55,487 nt of DNA from the NCBI GenBank assembly GCA_963663405.2, contig CAXXSM010000035.1, positions 1 to 55,487 on the forward strand, in the 5' to 3' direction. Position 1 is the first letter of the stretch; the number at the start of each line of letters is the position of its first letter. This DNA is from a bacterium (lineage in GTDB: Bacteria; Hinthialibacterota; Hinthialibacteria; Hinthialibacterales; Hinthialibacteraceae). Shown piece by piece: positions 8,665 through 18,598 of the stretch. The notes under the pieces were generated by a model that had not been told where the DNA came from, made no database searches, and saw only the letters and a program-made list of their open reading frames with translations. A program made the position numbers and the translations under genes.

Positions 8665-9097
8665 CCTCATGCGGTTTCTTTCATCGTAATTGATCAGCCA
8701 GTTGAAGTGATGGATACCTCCCTCAAGAACCGGCGCTTGGGGGGAGAATACGCTTCTTGACGCCTTGCTTCTCTATGATTGTTACTATACTGAGCGCGGG
8801 CATAATCTGAGCTTTTCAATCCATATTTAACTTTCAACGGGCTTGTTTCTGGTAATGAGAAACGAAGATTACGATCGCACAGAATATATATCAATCAGCT
8901 GGGTAGCAAGGGGAAGGCTTTTTTCTCCCCTTGCATAATTTCCGGAACGTAGCCAGGGCAGAAAAACGCCTTGCCCTGGGCACCCGCCGGTACTTGGGGG
9001 GAGAATACGCTTCCTGACGCCTTGTTTCTCTATGATTGTTACTATATCACTTCATGTGACTGAACTGTTACCATCATTCTAGTCAAACCGCATGAGG
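8665..9097. repeat. Nested repeat structure: 13-bp perfect IR enclosing 60-bp direct repeats
   Basis: CCTCATGCGGTTT (8665-8677) / AAACCGCATGAGG (9085-9097); direct repeats 8730-8789 and 8987-9046 differ at 4 positions. Confidence 0.75.
8898..8987 (+). repeat. Repeat family A, full copy
   Basis: Near-identical to 7636-7724. Confidence 0.9.
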
Positions 9098-9154
9098 AGC
9101 ATAGTGTTGAAACGGGGATGAATCAATCCATCGCTCAGTGACGCTCAGGAGGAA

Positions 9155-10582
9155 TTACTTCTTTTCTTTCGGTTTCCGGCGGGCGGCGCCGGTCTCCATC
9201 GCGGCGCCGGCGACAGCGTTGGACACCGATTCCACCACCCGGCGGTCAAAGACGCTGGGGATGATATATTCATCCGTCAGTTCGGATTCAGGAATCGTAT
9301 CGGCGATCGCCTGGGCGGCGGCCATTTTCATTTCCTCATTGATTCCCGTGGCGCGCACGTTCAACGCGCCCCGGAAGATACCGGGGAAACAGAGCACATT
9401 GTTGATCTGGTTGGGATAATCCGATCGGCCGGTGGCCATGATGCGGCAATGCCCCATCGCGATTTCCGGGGCGATTTCCGGATCGGGATTGGCCAGCGCG
9501 AAGACGATAGGATCACGTCCCATCGATTGCAGCGCCTCTAATGGGAATGTGTCGGGACCGGAAAGCCCAAGGAACAAATCGGCTCCTTTGGAAGCTTCGT
9601 GGATCGTCCCTTTTTGGTTTTCTGGATTGGTATTCTCCGCGAACCACCGTTTAGCCCGGTTCATCCCTTCCTCACGACCTTTGTAGACGATCCCTGATCG
9701 ATCAAGGCCGACGATATTTTTAACGCCCGCCCGCATCATCATTTTCGTGCAGGCGACCCCCGCGGCGCCCACGCCCAGGATGACCACTTTGATCTCCTCC
9801 ATGCTCTTTTGAACCAACTTGAGCGCGTTGAACAAGGCCGCCATGACTACCACCGCCGTGCCGTGCTGGTCATCATGAAAGACGGGGATATCGACCCGTT
9901 CCTGCAGCAATTCTTCGATCTCAAAACAGCGCGGCGCGGAGATATCCTCTAAATTGATTCCCCCGAATCCAGGCGTGAGGGCTTCAACGATTTGGACGAT
10001 CTCGAGGGAATCTTTGGTGTTCAAACAGATCGGAAAAGCGTCTATTCCCCCGAATTCCTTGAAGAGCATCGCTTTTCCTTCCATGACGGGCATCGCCGCT
10101 TCCGGGCCGATATCGCCCAATCCCAGCACCGCCGTGCCATCGGTCACAATCGCGACGGTGTTTTTCTTGATGGTCAGGTTATACACGGCGCTTGGATCTT
10201 TGGCGATCGCCATGCAGACCCGCGCCACCCCCGGCGTATACGCCATTGACAAGGCGTCGCGGGTATTGACCGGCACTTTATTCTCCACACTGATTTTTCC
10301 ACCCAGATGGAGGAGAAAGACTCGGTCCGATACGCTGCGGACTTCGATGCCCTCGACTTGCCGGACCGCTTCCACGATACTTTCCGCGTGTTCGTCTCCC
10401 CGCGCGTTCACGGTCAAGTCGCGCACCATGTGATCTTTCCCAACGCGGACGATATCAACCGCGCCGAGATTCCCCCCTTGTTCCCCAATCGCTGTTACCA
10501 CCTTTGCGAAATAGCCGGGATTGTTGGGCAATTCGATTCGAATGGTGATGCTGTGGCCTGGGCCGGTGGATAGATCCGTCAT
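9155..10582 (-). CDS. NAD(P)-dependent malic enzyme with N-terminal ACT domain
   Basis: AYTPGVA, VTDGTAVLGLGDIG, PVMEGKA, INLEDI, FHDDQHGTA, GVGAAG, TGRSDYPNQINN; ACT domain in the first ~80 aa. Confidence 0.95.
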   Translation of the reverse strand: MTDLSTGPGHSITIRIELPNNPGYFAKVVTAIGEQGGNLGAVDIVRVGKDHMVRDLTVNARGDEHAESIVEAVRQVEGIEVRSVSDRVFLLHLGGKISVENKVPVNTRDALSMAYTPGVARVCMAIAKDPSAVYNLTIKKNTVAIVTDGTAVLGLGDIGPEAAMPVMEGKAMLFKEFGGIDAFPICLNTKDSLEIVQIVEALTPGFGGINLEDISAPRCFEIEELLQERVDIPVFHDDQHGTAVVVMAALFNALKLVQKSMEEIKVVILGVGAAGVACTKMMMRAGVKNIVGLDRSGIVYKGREEGMNRAKRWFAENTNPENQKGTIHEASKGADLFLGLSGPDTFPLEALQSMGRDPIVFALANPDPEIAPEIAMGHCRIMATGRSDYPNQINNVLCFPGIFRGALNVRATGINEEMKMAAAQAIADTIPESELTDEYIIPSVFDRRVVESVSNAVAGAAMETGAARRKPKEKK

Positions 10583-10631
10583 GATTCATTTCTCCTTGGC
10601 GTCATGAATAATTTCATTTCATCCCTCGAAA

Positions 10632-10660
10632 ACCAGGGGCGGGGCTGATCCGCCCCTGGT
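10632..10660 (-). terminator. GC-rich hairpin between the oxidoreductase and malic enzyme genes
   Basis: ACCAGGGGCGG-GGCTGAT-CCGCCCCTGGT; a short T-run follows on the minus strand. Confidence 0.5.
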
Positions 10661-10691
10661 ATCAATTGTATGCCTATGTAGAGAACAATCA

Positions 10692-10784
10692 GCTGGGCAG
10701 CAAGGGGAAGGCTTTTTTTTTCTCCCCTTGCATAATTTCCGGGATGAAGCCAGGGCAGAAAAAAGCCTTGCCCTGGGCATCCGC
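10692..10784 (+). mobile_element. Repeat family A, full copy with 12-bp target-site duplication
   Basis: AGAGAACAATCA at 10680-10691 and 10785-10796 flanks the element exactly. Confidence 0.85.
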
Positions 10785-10859
10785 AGAGAACAATCATCTT
10801 CATCGATTCGATTTCGGAATCACTCAGCAGAGCAGCTATTGGCCATCCGCCGGGCGTCC

Positions 10860-12212
10860 TTATACAATATCCTGTATGTCTGGATTCCATTCCACCGTCC
10901 GTTTTTCGAAGTAGGAGACGACCGACATGATGCAGGTGACAGCTTCAACGAAGGCTTCATCCTCATTGCACTTCGGTTGTTTCCGGGAGCGGATGCAATT
11001 GACGAAATCCTGCATGTGGCTGGGTTGTTCGGGTGTTTTTTCTGGATCGAACCGGAGGATCGGCTCACCCGGCTTTATTTTCCCTGAGTCAAAATCTTCT
11101 TTGTATTTCAAGGAGACTTCTTCGGGGTAGACCTCAAAATCATTCATTTCTGTTTTCATCAAAGCGTCTTTCCCACGAATCTCCACATTGTCTGTGTTGG
11201 GGCCGAAGGTCATGCTGTTGAACAGGGAGGAGAACAGCACGGATGTACCCCGGTCTGGATATTCATAGATGACGTTCCATGTATCCGGCGCCTCGCGTCC
11301 ATCTTTGAGGAGATTGTTGTTACCGGAACATGTGCAGCTGTGGGGGATGCCCAGGCGAAGAATACAATTCGCGAAGTCAAACGCGTGCGAGAGCAGGTCT
11401 CCGGCGATCCCGGTTCCATAGTCCCAATAGCAGCGCCAATGCCAGAAGCGTTCCATGGAGAATGGATGATAGGGCGCCGAACCGAGAAAACGGCCCCAGT
11501 CAACAAGATCTTTCCGCACCTGGTTTTCATCGGGGCGGACGTACTGGTTGTATCCTCCATACCAGCGCCATTCATCTTCTCCGCGCGGGCGGTTGCGGAA
11601 GCATCCGAGGCGGATGAATGTGATCTCGCCGAGGATTCCCGTAGCGATCACTTCCCGCGCCTGAATCGCCGCCGCGCTCGCGCGCTGGTGATGCCCCAGC
11701 TGCATGACGGTTTTATTATATTTGATCGCCTTGAGCATATCACGCGCTTCAGGGACTGTGCGGGTCCAGCATTTCTCTACGTAGATATCCTTGCCCGCGT
11801 TGGCCGCGTCGATCACGAGCCGTGAATGAAGGTGATCGGGCACGGCGATGACGACCGCGTCAATGTCTTTGTCTTCCAGCATCTCGCGGTAATCATGATA
11901 CGATTTCGCTTTGGGATTGCCCGACAACCGCAATCCTTTTTGAAGATGGGGTTTGTAGAGTTCGCAAATCGCGCGGACCTGGGCGCCATCCGCACCCGGC
12001 CGTTCTTTATCCGGCTCTCCGGCGACATCCGTCACCAGTTCGCCGCCGCGAACGCCAACGCCGATATGGCCTACGCCAACCACATCATTCGGACTTTCCT
12101 TCGCCAGGACAGCGGGCGCGCCAGCGAGAAACGGCGCCGCCGCGGCCAGCGCCGCTCCTTTTGAAGAGTTCTCTAAAAATTTCCTGCGGTTTAATTCTTC
12201 TTTCCGATCCAT
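10860..12212 (-). CDS. Tat-exported Gfo/Idh/MocA family oxidoreductase
   Basis: NRRKFL Tat motif, GHIGVGVRG, AVPDHLH, GKDIYVEKC. Confidence 0.92.
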   Translation of the reverse strand: MDRKEELNRRKFLENSSKGAALAAAAPFLAGAPAVLAKESPNDVVGVGHIGVGVRGGELVTDVAGEPDKERPGADGAQVRAICELYKPHLQKGLRLSGNPKAKSYHDYREMLEDKDIDAVVIAVPDHLHSRLVIDAANAGKDIYVEKCWTRTVPEARDMLKAIKYNKTVMQLGHHQRASAAAIQAREVIATGILGEITFIRLGCFRNRPRGEDEWRWYGGYNQYVRPDENQVRKDLVDWGRFLGSAPYHPFSMERFWHWRCYWDYGTGIAGDLLSHAFDFANCILRLGIPHSCTCSGNNNLLKDGREAPDTWNVIYEYPDRGTSVLFSSLFNSMTFGPNTDNVEIRGKDALMKTEMNDFEVYPEEVSLKYKEDFDSGKIKPGEPILRFDPEKTPEQPSHMQDFVNCIRSRKQPKCNEDEAFVEAVTCIMSVVSYFEKRTVEWNPDIQDIV

Positions 12213-12516
12213 TATGATGTCTCCAATCTATCTTGCGTTTGTTAAACGTAAATCGCTCGTTTCATCCAATCCACGAGCGGATTTGATCTGGTGGTACCGA
12301 TGGCTCTATTAAACATCAAAAATCTGATCCGGTCACAGGTGATTATTTATATTTTTTTAGTGGAAGGCTGAAGGCATTTAACTTTATGTGTACATTTTTT
12401 TTGATCGAGAATCAGATAATCGACAAGTATCAAGATCCAACACGATGAAACGAACTCCGGTTTTGTATCGAAACACTCGGTCGATGTTTTTATTCCGGAG
12501 TCTATTAATTTTGTTC

Positions 12517-12544
12517 TCGACATTTTGCTATTTCGTTATATAAT
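12517..12544 (+). promoter_or_regulatory. Putative sigma70-type promoter
   Basis: TCGACA-16 nt-TATAAT in the divergent intergenic region. Confidence 0.35.
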
Positions 12545-12587
12545 GAGACGGCGGAAATCGTTATTTCGCAAGATGAAACAGTCTTCC

Positions 12588-12617
12588 GGTGGGTCGATAA
12601 TGTGTGATCCATCCTAC
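12588..12617 (-). repeat. Diverged REP family C copy
   Basis: GGTGGGTCGATAATGTGTGATCCATCCTAC versus GGTGGGTCAGTAAAGCGCGATCCACCCTAC. Confidence 0.65.
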
Positions 12618-12872
12618 GTTATCGCCACTCATTTTCAGTCGTAGCAGTGATCTCTATCATGATATTTTTTGAATAGGAAACTCTTTGAATTTTCTTGATT
12701 TTGAGATCATGCGGTTGGTTTCACTCATATTCTGTTTCATCGTTGCGTAAAAAAAAATGCTAAGTACTTCCTTTCCGTTGAAAACCATTGTAATATCCAG
12801 TATATTATTGTGGTTATAAATCTATTGAAATCGAACTTAGCGTGAATTTAAACCTTTGCGTTGGAGGAACTT

Positions 12873-14402
12873 ATGCTGAATCAATTGTGCTTGTTTAGAA
12901 AGAGAGTCACATCTCTGGGGCTTCTTTTTTGCTGCGTCGCTTTATGCGCTTTGGCGCCTTTCACTGTGTCCGCGGCAGAATCGCCGGTTGAAACGCCAAC
13001 GGACGTTCCTACCGCCATACCACCGACCGAGGTTCCTCCGACGGTAGCGCCTGAGACGCCGACGGAAATTCCACCGACTGTGGTTCCTCCAACGGCAGCG
13101 CCGGAAACGCCGACAGAAGTTCCGCCAACCGAGGTTCCGCCAACCGAAGTTCCACCGACAGTAGCGCCGGAAACGCCGACGGAAGTTCCACCGACGGAAG
13201 TTCCTCCGACTGAGATTCCTCCAACAGAAACGGCGACCGAAGTTCCGGTTCCGACGGAAGTTCCACCAACCGAGGTTCCACCAACGGAAACGCCTGAGAC
13301 GCCGACTGAGATCCCACCGACTGAGGTTCCTCCGACGGAAACGCCTGAGACGCCGACTGAGGTTCCTCCGACGGCAGCGCCGACGCCGGTTATGACACCG
13401 ACTCCAAGTGGTCCCGGCCCGGATCAATATCCTAATCCAAAGCAGGGGATCACCATTCTTGATGGATTTGGCGGTGTGCATGAAATTGGAGATATCTTAG
13501 GATTCTATGATCGGAATGGAAACGGAATACTCGACGATCCATCCACGACCGCTTGGATTCGTTATTTCGAAGGTCAGGATATTTATTGTGATCTCGAAGT
13601 GTATATAGAAAACGAAGGAACCGAAGACGCGAGAATTAAGGCGGCTCTGGCGATTACTGGTGACGGTTTGATTTCCTCCGCCTTGTTTGAACAGACCGTT
13701 TCAGGCGTCCAAGTCACGACGAATTACTTGATGCCGCTTGGGATTGATTTCTCAACGCCGGATACTGTACGGGATGTTGAATTCCATGCAGATGGGCAGG
13801 GGTATTACACCCTATTGAGCGATGGCTCCATTCTCTCCGCAAGCATGAAATCAGAATCCGTGCTTCTGCCGGTTTTGGTTCAGAGCAAATTAACCAATCC
13901 GAGACTCGATCCGGCCGTGGATCTGGAAATTGTGGAATCGGGCGATACATTTTCCGCTTATGTATTGACAGCGAAAGGCCGAATCTTCGCTATCGGCGAC
14001 GCTACGCCGCTGATAGGAAATGCGATTTCGAATATTCCAATCTATAAAGATATGGAACTGTATGGCTCTGGGGCGGTGATCGCCGACGGCTATGGGCGAT
14101 TCACCACGGTTACGCCGGATGGTTCGGAACTGGATATTCCTCTCTTCCAGTTGGACTTTGGTTTCGACGCGCTGGTTGATTTTGAAATCCAAGTTGATCC
14201 AGAATATGGTGTCGGTATCATCTCGCTGACAAACGTAGGCACGCTTCACACCTCCGGCGCCATAGATTTCTTCCTTACGGCGGAAGGCGCAGCCCGCCGG
14301 GACGACCTTGATATCATTACGACGGAAGACGGCGTCTCCTTCGCGACCTTGAATATCAACTTTGATATTCTCCGCGATTTGGAGGTTTGGCTTCTTCAAT
14401 AG
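12873..14402 (+). CDS. Secreted protein: long Pro/Thr/Glu repeat stalk followed by a beta-propeller-like domain
   Basis: ATG 12873 after GGAGG; signal peptide; PPTEV/PETPTE repeats; ILDGFGGVH and DVE/DLE/DME blade motifs. Confidence 0.8.
   Translation: MLNQLCLFRKRVTSLGLLFCCVALCALAPFTVSAAESPVETPTDVPTAIPPTEVPPTVAPETPTEIPPTVVPPTAAPETPTEVPPTEVPPTEVPPTVAPETPTEVPPTEVPPTEIPPTETATEVPVPTEVPPTEVPPTETPETPTEIPPTEVPPTETPETPTEVPPTAAPTPVMTPTPSGPGPDQYPNPKQGITILDGFGGVHEIGDILGFYDRNGNGILDDPSTTAWIRYFEGQDIYCDLEVYIENEGTEDARIKAALAITGDGLISSALFEQTVSGVQVTTNYLMPLGIDFSTPDTVRDVEFHADGQGYYTLLSDGSILSASMKSESVLLPVLVQSKLTNPRLDPAVDLEIVESGDTFSAYVLTAKGRIFAIGDATPLIGNAISNIPIYKDMELYGSGAVIADGYGRFTTVTPDGSELDIPLFQLDFGFDALVDFEIQVDPEYGVGIISLTNVGTLHTSGAIDFFLTAEGAARRDDLDIITTEDGVSFATLNINFDILRDLEVWLLQ
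12982..13405 (+). repeat. Intragenic tandem repeats encoding PPTE(V/I) and (A)PETPTE units
   Basis: Read directly from the translation and the DNA. Confidence 0.9.
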
Positions 14403-14430
14403 CCGTATTGAGTTTACTTGATTGCATTTA

Positions 14431-14473
14431 AAAAGGATGAGGTTTTGGAGCGCGCTCCCCTCATCCTTTTTTT
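14431..14473 (+). terminator. Rho-independent terminator
   Basis: AAAAGGATGAGG...CCTCATCCTTTT followed by a T-run, after the stop codon. Confidence 0.75.
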
Positions 14474-14696
14474 CTATTTCTAAATTTTGAACATATGGAT
14501 GTACAAACAAACTCGTATCACTGTTCCCGCAATTGTCTTACATTCCACTAAGAATTTTTCATCCTGATCAATCGATACCTTCCATTGCAGAATAATTAAT
14601 GTTATTTTAAGACAACCTATCATTCGAAAAATAAAACTTATACAAACAGTAAATAGCCACATTTAGGTTTGACCAAAACGAAAGGAGAAACAAAAA

Positions 14697-15962
14697 ATGA
14701 TCTCGATTACCCGCGAGTTTTTTATCTATTTCTCGAAGATAATCGGTGTTTGTCTGCTGGCCGTTTTTTTTATTACACCGATTGTATATTCGCAGGATTC
14801 AACCCACGTAGAACGGGAAGAGATTGATGGTCCTGGTGAGGGCTCCGCTCTTGGTGTTCTGACTTTAAACGCATTAGGGCAGATCTATCAGGAGGCGGAT
14901 GACACGCCGATTGTGGATCTTGAATTCCCCTTTCCTCTAGCCCAAGCGTTTGATATTACAACATCCGAAAACGGAGCGGTTATATTGGATAGATTTGGGC
15001 TGTTATACACAACCGGTGACGCTGATTCCTCGTTCCAAGGAGAGATGGTTGGCGTCAATATCCTCCGGGATGTGGAACTATCCCCCAGCGGGAACGGCGC
15101 GTATGTTCTTTCCGGATTCGGCGCGGTAATTACCTACGGCGACGCGGTCAATTATGGCGCGCCCTATTTTGGGACGCTTTGGAATCCGATGGACGCGGCG
15201 GAGGATTTGGAACTCACTCCAACAGGGCTTGGGTATTATATTCTGGATTGTTTGGGCGGCGTTCATCCATATGGCGACGCGGTTTTTTATGGGGATCTTT
15301 TTTTGGGATTTGACATTGTCCGCGATATGGAAGTCGCCCCCGCTGGAGATGGATATCTTATTTTAGATGGATTCGGTTTGGTTCATGGCTTCGGATCTCT
15401 TGAAGGCATCGCCTATGATTTAACGCCTAACGGTCCAGCGGCGGGCGCGAACCGGAATCAAATGCACTATGCGTGGGATCATGCGCGTGATATGGAACTC
15501 CATCTGAACGCTGCGAATAACGTTGATGGATGGTACATACTGGATGGTTTCGGGAATGTGCTCAATATCGGCGCCGCGGCGCCCATTGTGCCGGGAGGGG
15601 TAGCGGAGTTCGATATTTTCGTGGATCTGGAAATGGGAGTGGGAGGCTCCACAGGGCCAACACCCGTCCCATCAGTTGAACCCACGCCTGTTCCAACGGC
15701 GACGCCCCTTTATGTTATACCTACGGAGATTCCAACGCTTCCCCCGACTTTGATTCCTACCGCGACTCCGTATCCATCTATTGAACCTACATACGAGGTT
15801 CCCACGTATGAGATCCCGACGTATACGATTCCCACATTCCCGGCGCCTCCTGACACCCCCACACCGTTGTCTGAACCGGAAGATTTACCGGAAGAAGGCC
15901 CATCACCGCTTCCAACCGAAGCGCCAACTGTTACACCGATTCCACCAGGAGATCTCGAGTAA
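14697..15962 (+). CDS. Secreted beta-propeller-like protein with C-terminal Pro/Thr-rich tail; paralogous to 12873-14402
   Basis: Repeated DxELTPxGxGYYILDxxGGVH blades; PTxEVPT tail. Confidence 0.8.
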   Translation: MISITREFFIYFSKIIGVCLLAVFFITPIVYSQDSTHVEREEIDGPGEGSALGVLTLNALGQIYQEADDTPIVDLEFPFPLAQAFDITTSENGAVILDRFGLLYTTGDADSSFQGEMVGVNILRDVELSPSGNGAYVLSGFGAVITYGDAVNYGAPYFGTLWNPMDAAEDLELTPTGLGYYILDCLGGVHPYGDAVFYGDLFLGFDIVRDMEVAPAGDGYLILDGFGLVHGFGSLEGIAYDLTPNGPAAGANRNQMHYAWDHARDMELHLNAANNVDGWYILDGFGNVLNIGAAAPIVPGGVAEFDIFVDLEMGVGGSTGPTPVPSVEPTPVPTATPLYVIPTEIPTLPPTLIPTATPYPSIEPTYEVPTYEIPTYTIPTFPAPPDTPTPLSEPEDLPEEGPSPLPTEAPTVTPIPPGDLE

Positions 15963-15991
15963 ATCATCTTTATATATATAGGAGAAGAAAA

Positions 15992-17102
15992 ATGTTTAAT
16001 ATAAAGCATACAATTCAGATCTCATCTCTTTTATCATTCATCATAGTTATCTGTTTCGTATTAACTATGACGGCTTTCGCGGATGACAAGAAGGATTATT
16101 TCATTCAACATGCGCAGAATAAATATTTCGACACGCCAGTCAGCGCAAGATCGCTGGGAATGGGAGGCAGTGATCTCCCCACTATGGTGAACGCGTCCAG
16201 CCTTTTCAGCAATCCGGCTGGACTTGGTTGGCTGGTCAGACCGGCGCTCTCACTGAACTATGCCTTCGATGAGATCAGTGGTGAAGATTTTCCACAGGTT
16301 TATGGGATCGATGAAGATCTTAACATCGCGTTTCTACAAGGCGCGTGCCCGATCAAAGGGGGGGAATGGGGCGTCTTCGGTGGTGGATTTACGATGTATA
16401 ACACTGATGTCAGCAACCGGATCGACACTGAGACGGATGGATTCTCGATCCACGCCGCTTATGGCCTTCAACTCAATCCTGAATGGAGCGCTGGGTATTC
16501 GTTCGCGTATTTCGATGATGAAGAAGAGAACGATTACACAGATTATGAGATGGACGACGGCTTCAGGAACACGGCTGGGATTCAATTCCGGCCTTCGGAA
16601 GAATGGATGATTGGTTTGTATGGATTCTACGCGTTCGGCGATCCTGAATCGGAAATCGTTCTTCTCGGCGAGCAGGACGGGGACCGGGACAGCTGGGGTA
16701 TTAATATCGGCGCGGCGTGGCGCGCGCAGGAAAAGACTTTAATCGCCGTGTCATTTGATTATACGGATTACGAACTGGATTCCACGATCGTCAATCCCGC
16801 TTTGGGAGTGAATGAAGTAGTGGATGAAGAGGGCAAATCGTTCGGCGTGAGTGTCGGTGTGGAACATTCGTTCCTCGATTGCTTGGACGGCCGGTTGGGG
16901 CTATCGCTACCGCAATAATGATTATGATTTTCATGACGCTGGAGCCGCGTCTCATCTCTCCGGAAACGCGGACTTTCACGCCGCTTCCACGGGTTTGGGC
17001 TATTCCTTCAATGAACATGTCCGGTTGAACTATGGATTCGAATACCGCTGGATCGGCGATGGGGATATGACGCACGCGGTTAGTTTGGATTTGCTGTTTT
17101 GA
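15992..17102 (+). CDS. Outer-membrane beta-barrel, PorV/FadL-like; frameshifted near 16897-16900
   Basis: SARSLGMGG..SLFSNPAGL plug motif; alternating aromatic strands; continues in another frame (GYRYR...VSLDLLF) with a terminal Phe. Confidence 0.75.
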
Positions 17103-17125
17103 TTTCATTGTAGAAACGAAAACTT

Positions 17126-17213
17126 TGTAGGATGGGTCGCGTCTTTTTGACCCATCCTCGATTTAATTCACTATAATCGGTGGGTCAGTAAAGCGCGATC
17201 CACCCTACATGAC
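17126..17213 (+). repeat. REP family C doublet (REPIN-like)
   Basis: GTAGGATGGGTCGCGTCTTTTTGACCCATC, AT-rich spacer, then GGTGGGTCAGTAAAGCGCGATCCACCCTAC. Confidence 0.9.
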
Positions 17214-17450
17214 TGAAGGGCGTCAGGCAGGGAGATGCAACCTATGACATTAGCGCGGGAGTGTATACCGTAACCGGATCTAGTTCTCCTGTAAACATAG
17301 ATAGCATATACTGCCCACTTGAAGGCCATATTGTATACAAAGAACGAATCGCAGTATGAGTAAAAATAAACACCTTAGGGCCAGCGATCTCTTTGAAATG
17401 GTATTAATCTGCAATAGCTAGTTTAATCCAATAAAAGAAAGGAAGAGAAA

Positions 17451-18451
17451 ATGTATCGCAGGTATGTAATGTTCTTGGTCTTATTCTTTTTTTGTACAAG
17501 CGCAATGGCTCAGCCAGTAGCGGAGCGCAGTTTACTTGTTTTGGGATATACCCCTGGTTTCCCTGTCTATGTTTCCATCTCTGTTACGAATAATAATGAA
17601 GATATTTCTATGAGGGAAACAATTCCCGTCAATTGGGAAATAAATGAGATTATAACTGAGAATGGAAGCGTATCCAACGGTGTTATTACATGGAGTTTAT
17701 CAAAAAATATTAATCAAAAAAAAATTCTCTTACGTACTTCTTCCCCCTGATAACGCATCAGGAGACGCCGTCTTTTCTGGTAAAATTGGCGATGTCGATA
17801 TTGTGGGCGATACAACGATGATTTGCGCTTCTGAACCTTTAGGAATTTTCAAGTATCATTTTAATTATCCAGGTCACAACCCTCCTGGTGATGCGTATTT
17901 TGATAGTAGTACAGGAGAATACTATGTCGGAATGCGGTCCCCCAGAAAAAGACGAACTTTCTAGAATCAGTGGTCATTATTGCTTTTTACCGGTCTATGG
18001 ATCCTTTTCATTTGAGGCAAATTTCAAATTCGCCAATACATCATGGGGGAATATAGCAGTAATAATCGTACATAGACCATGGAATGATCCTTATGCCTCC
18101 TATCCAATGTACTACCTTTTTAAATCTACTGATGGAAATATCGACTATGGTTGGCAGAAATTCTTTTGATACTAATTACAACCATTTTGATTTTGAAACA
18201 CAAGGCGCTCTTAGAAATCAAAAATTAAAAATCGTTCGTCAAGGAGATCTTTTTTCAATCTTATTCATACTGATCCAGAAACAGGTGAGTGGATTCTAAT
18301 TAATTCAAAGACAATACATATGGTAGATCCAGTTTCTGCTGCTATAGGCGTAAGGACACATAATCAAAATAAAGCCCAAGTATATTTTTCTGATGTCGTA
18401 TTAGAATCGATATCCGATACTTCCCATGTTCAGAAATGGGAATTGTACTAG
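17451..18451 (+). pseudogene. AT-rich secreted protein gene broken by several frameshifts (decay or assembly error); ends SDTSHVQKWELY
   Basis: Overlapping ORF pieces at 17451, 17662, 17888 and 18084, plus a final frame ending TAG 18449-18451; signal peptide; GGAAGAG RBS. Confidence 0.7.
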
Positions 18452-18500
18452 AACACTATAAACTGAAAATTATATGGCCCGATAACAGTATAATCAGACA

Positions 18501-18589
18501 TGTAGGATGGGTCGCGTCTTTTTGATCCATCATCGATTTAATTCATTATAATCGGGTGGGTCAGTAAAGCGCGATCCACCCTACATGAC
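18501..18589 (+). repeat. REP family C doublet, direct repeat of 17126-17213
   Basis: Near-identical, including the spacer. Confidence 0.9.
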
Positions 18590-18598
18590 GTATTCGTG

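Noticed and set aside
10579-10914. Short ORFs spanning the family A copy
   Set aside because: They are translations of the repeat element, as are the repeat-derived tails of the 7630 and 26179 ORFs.
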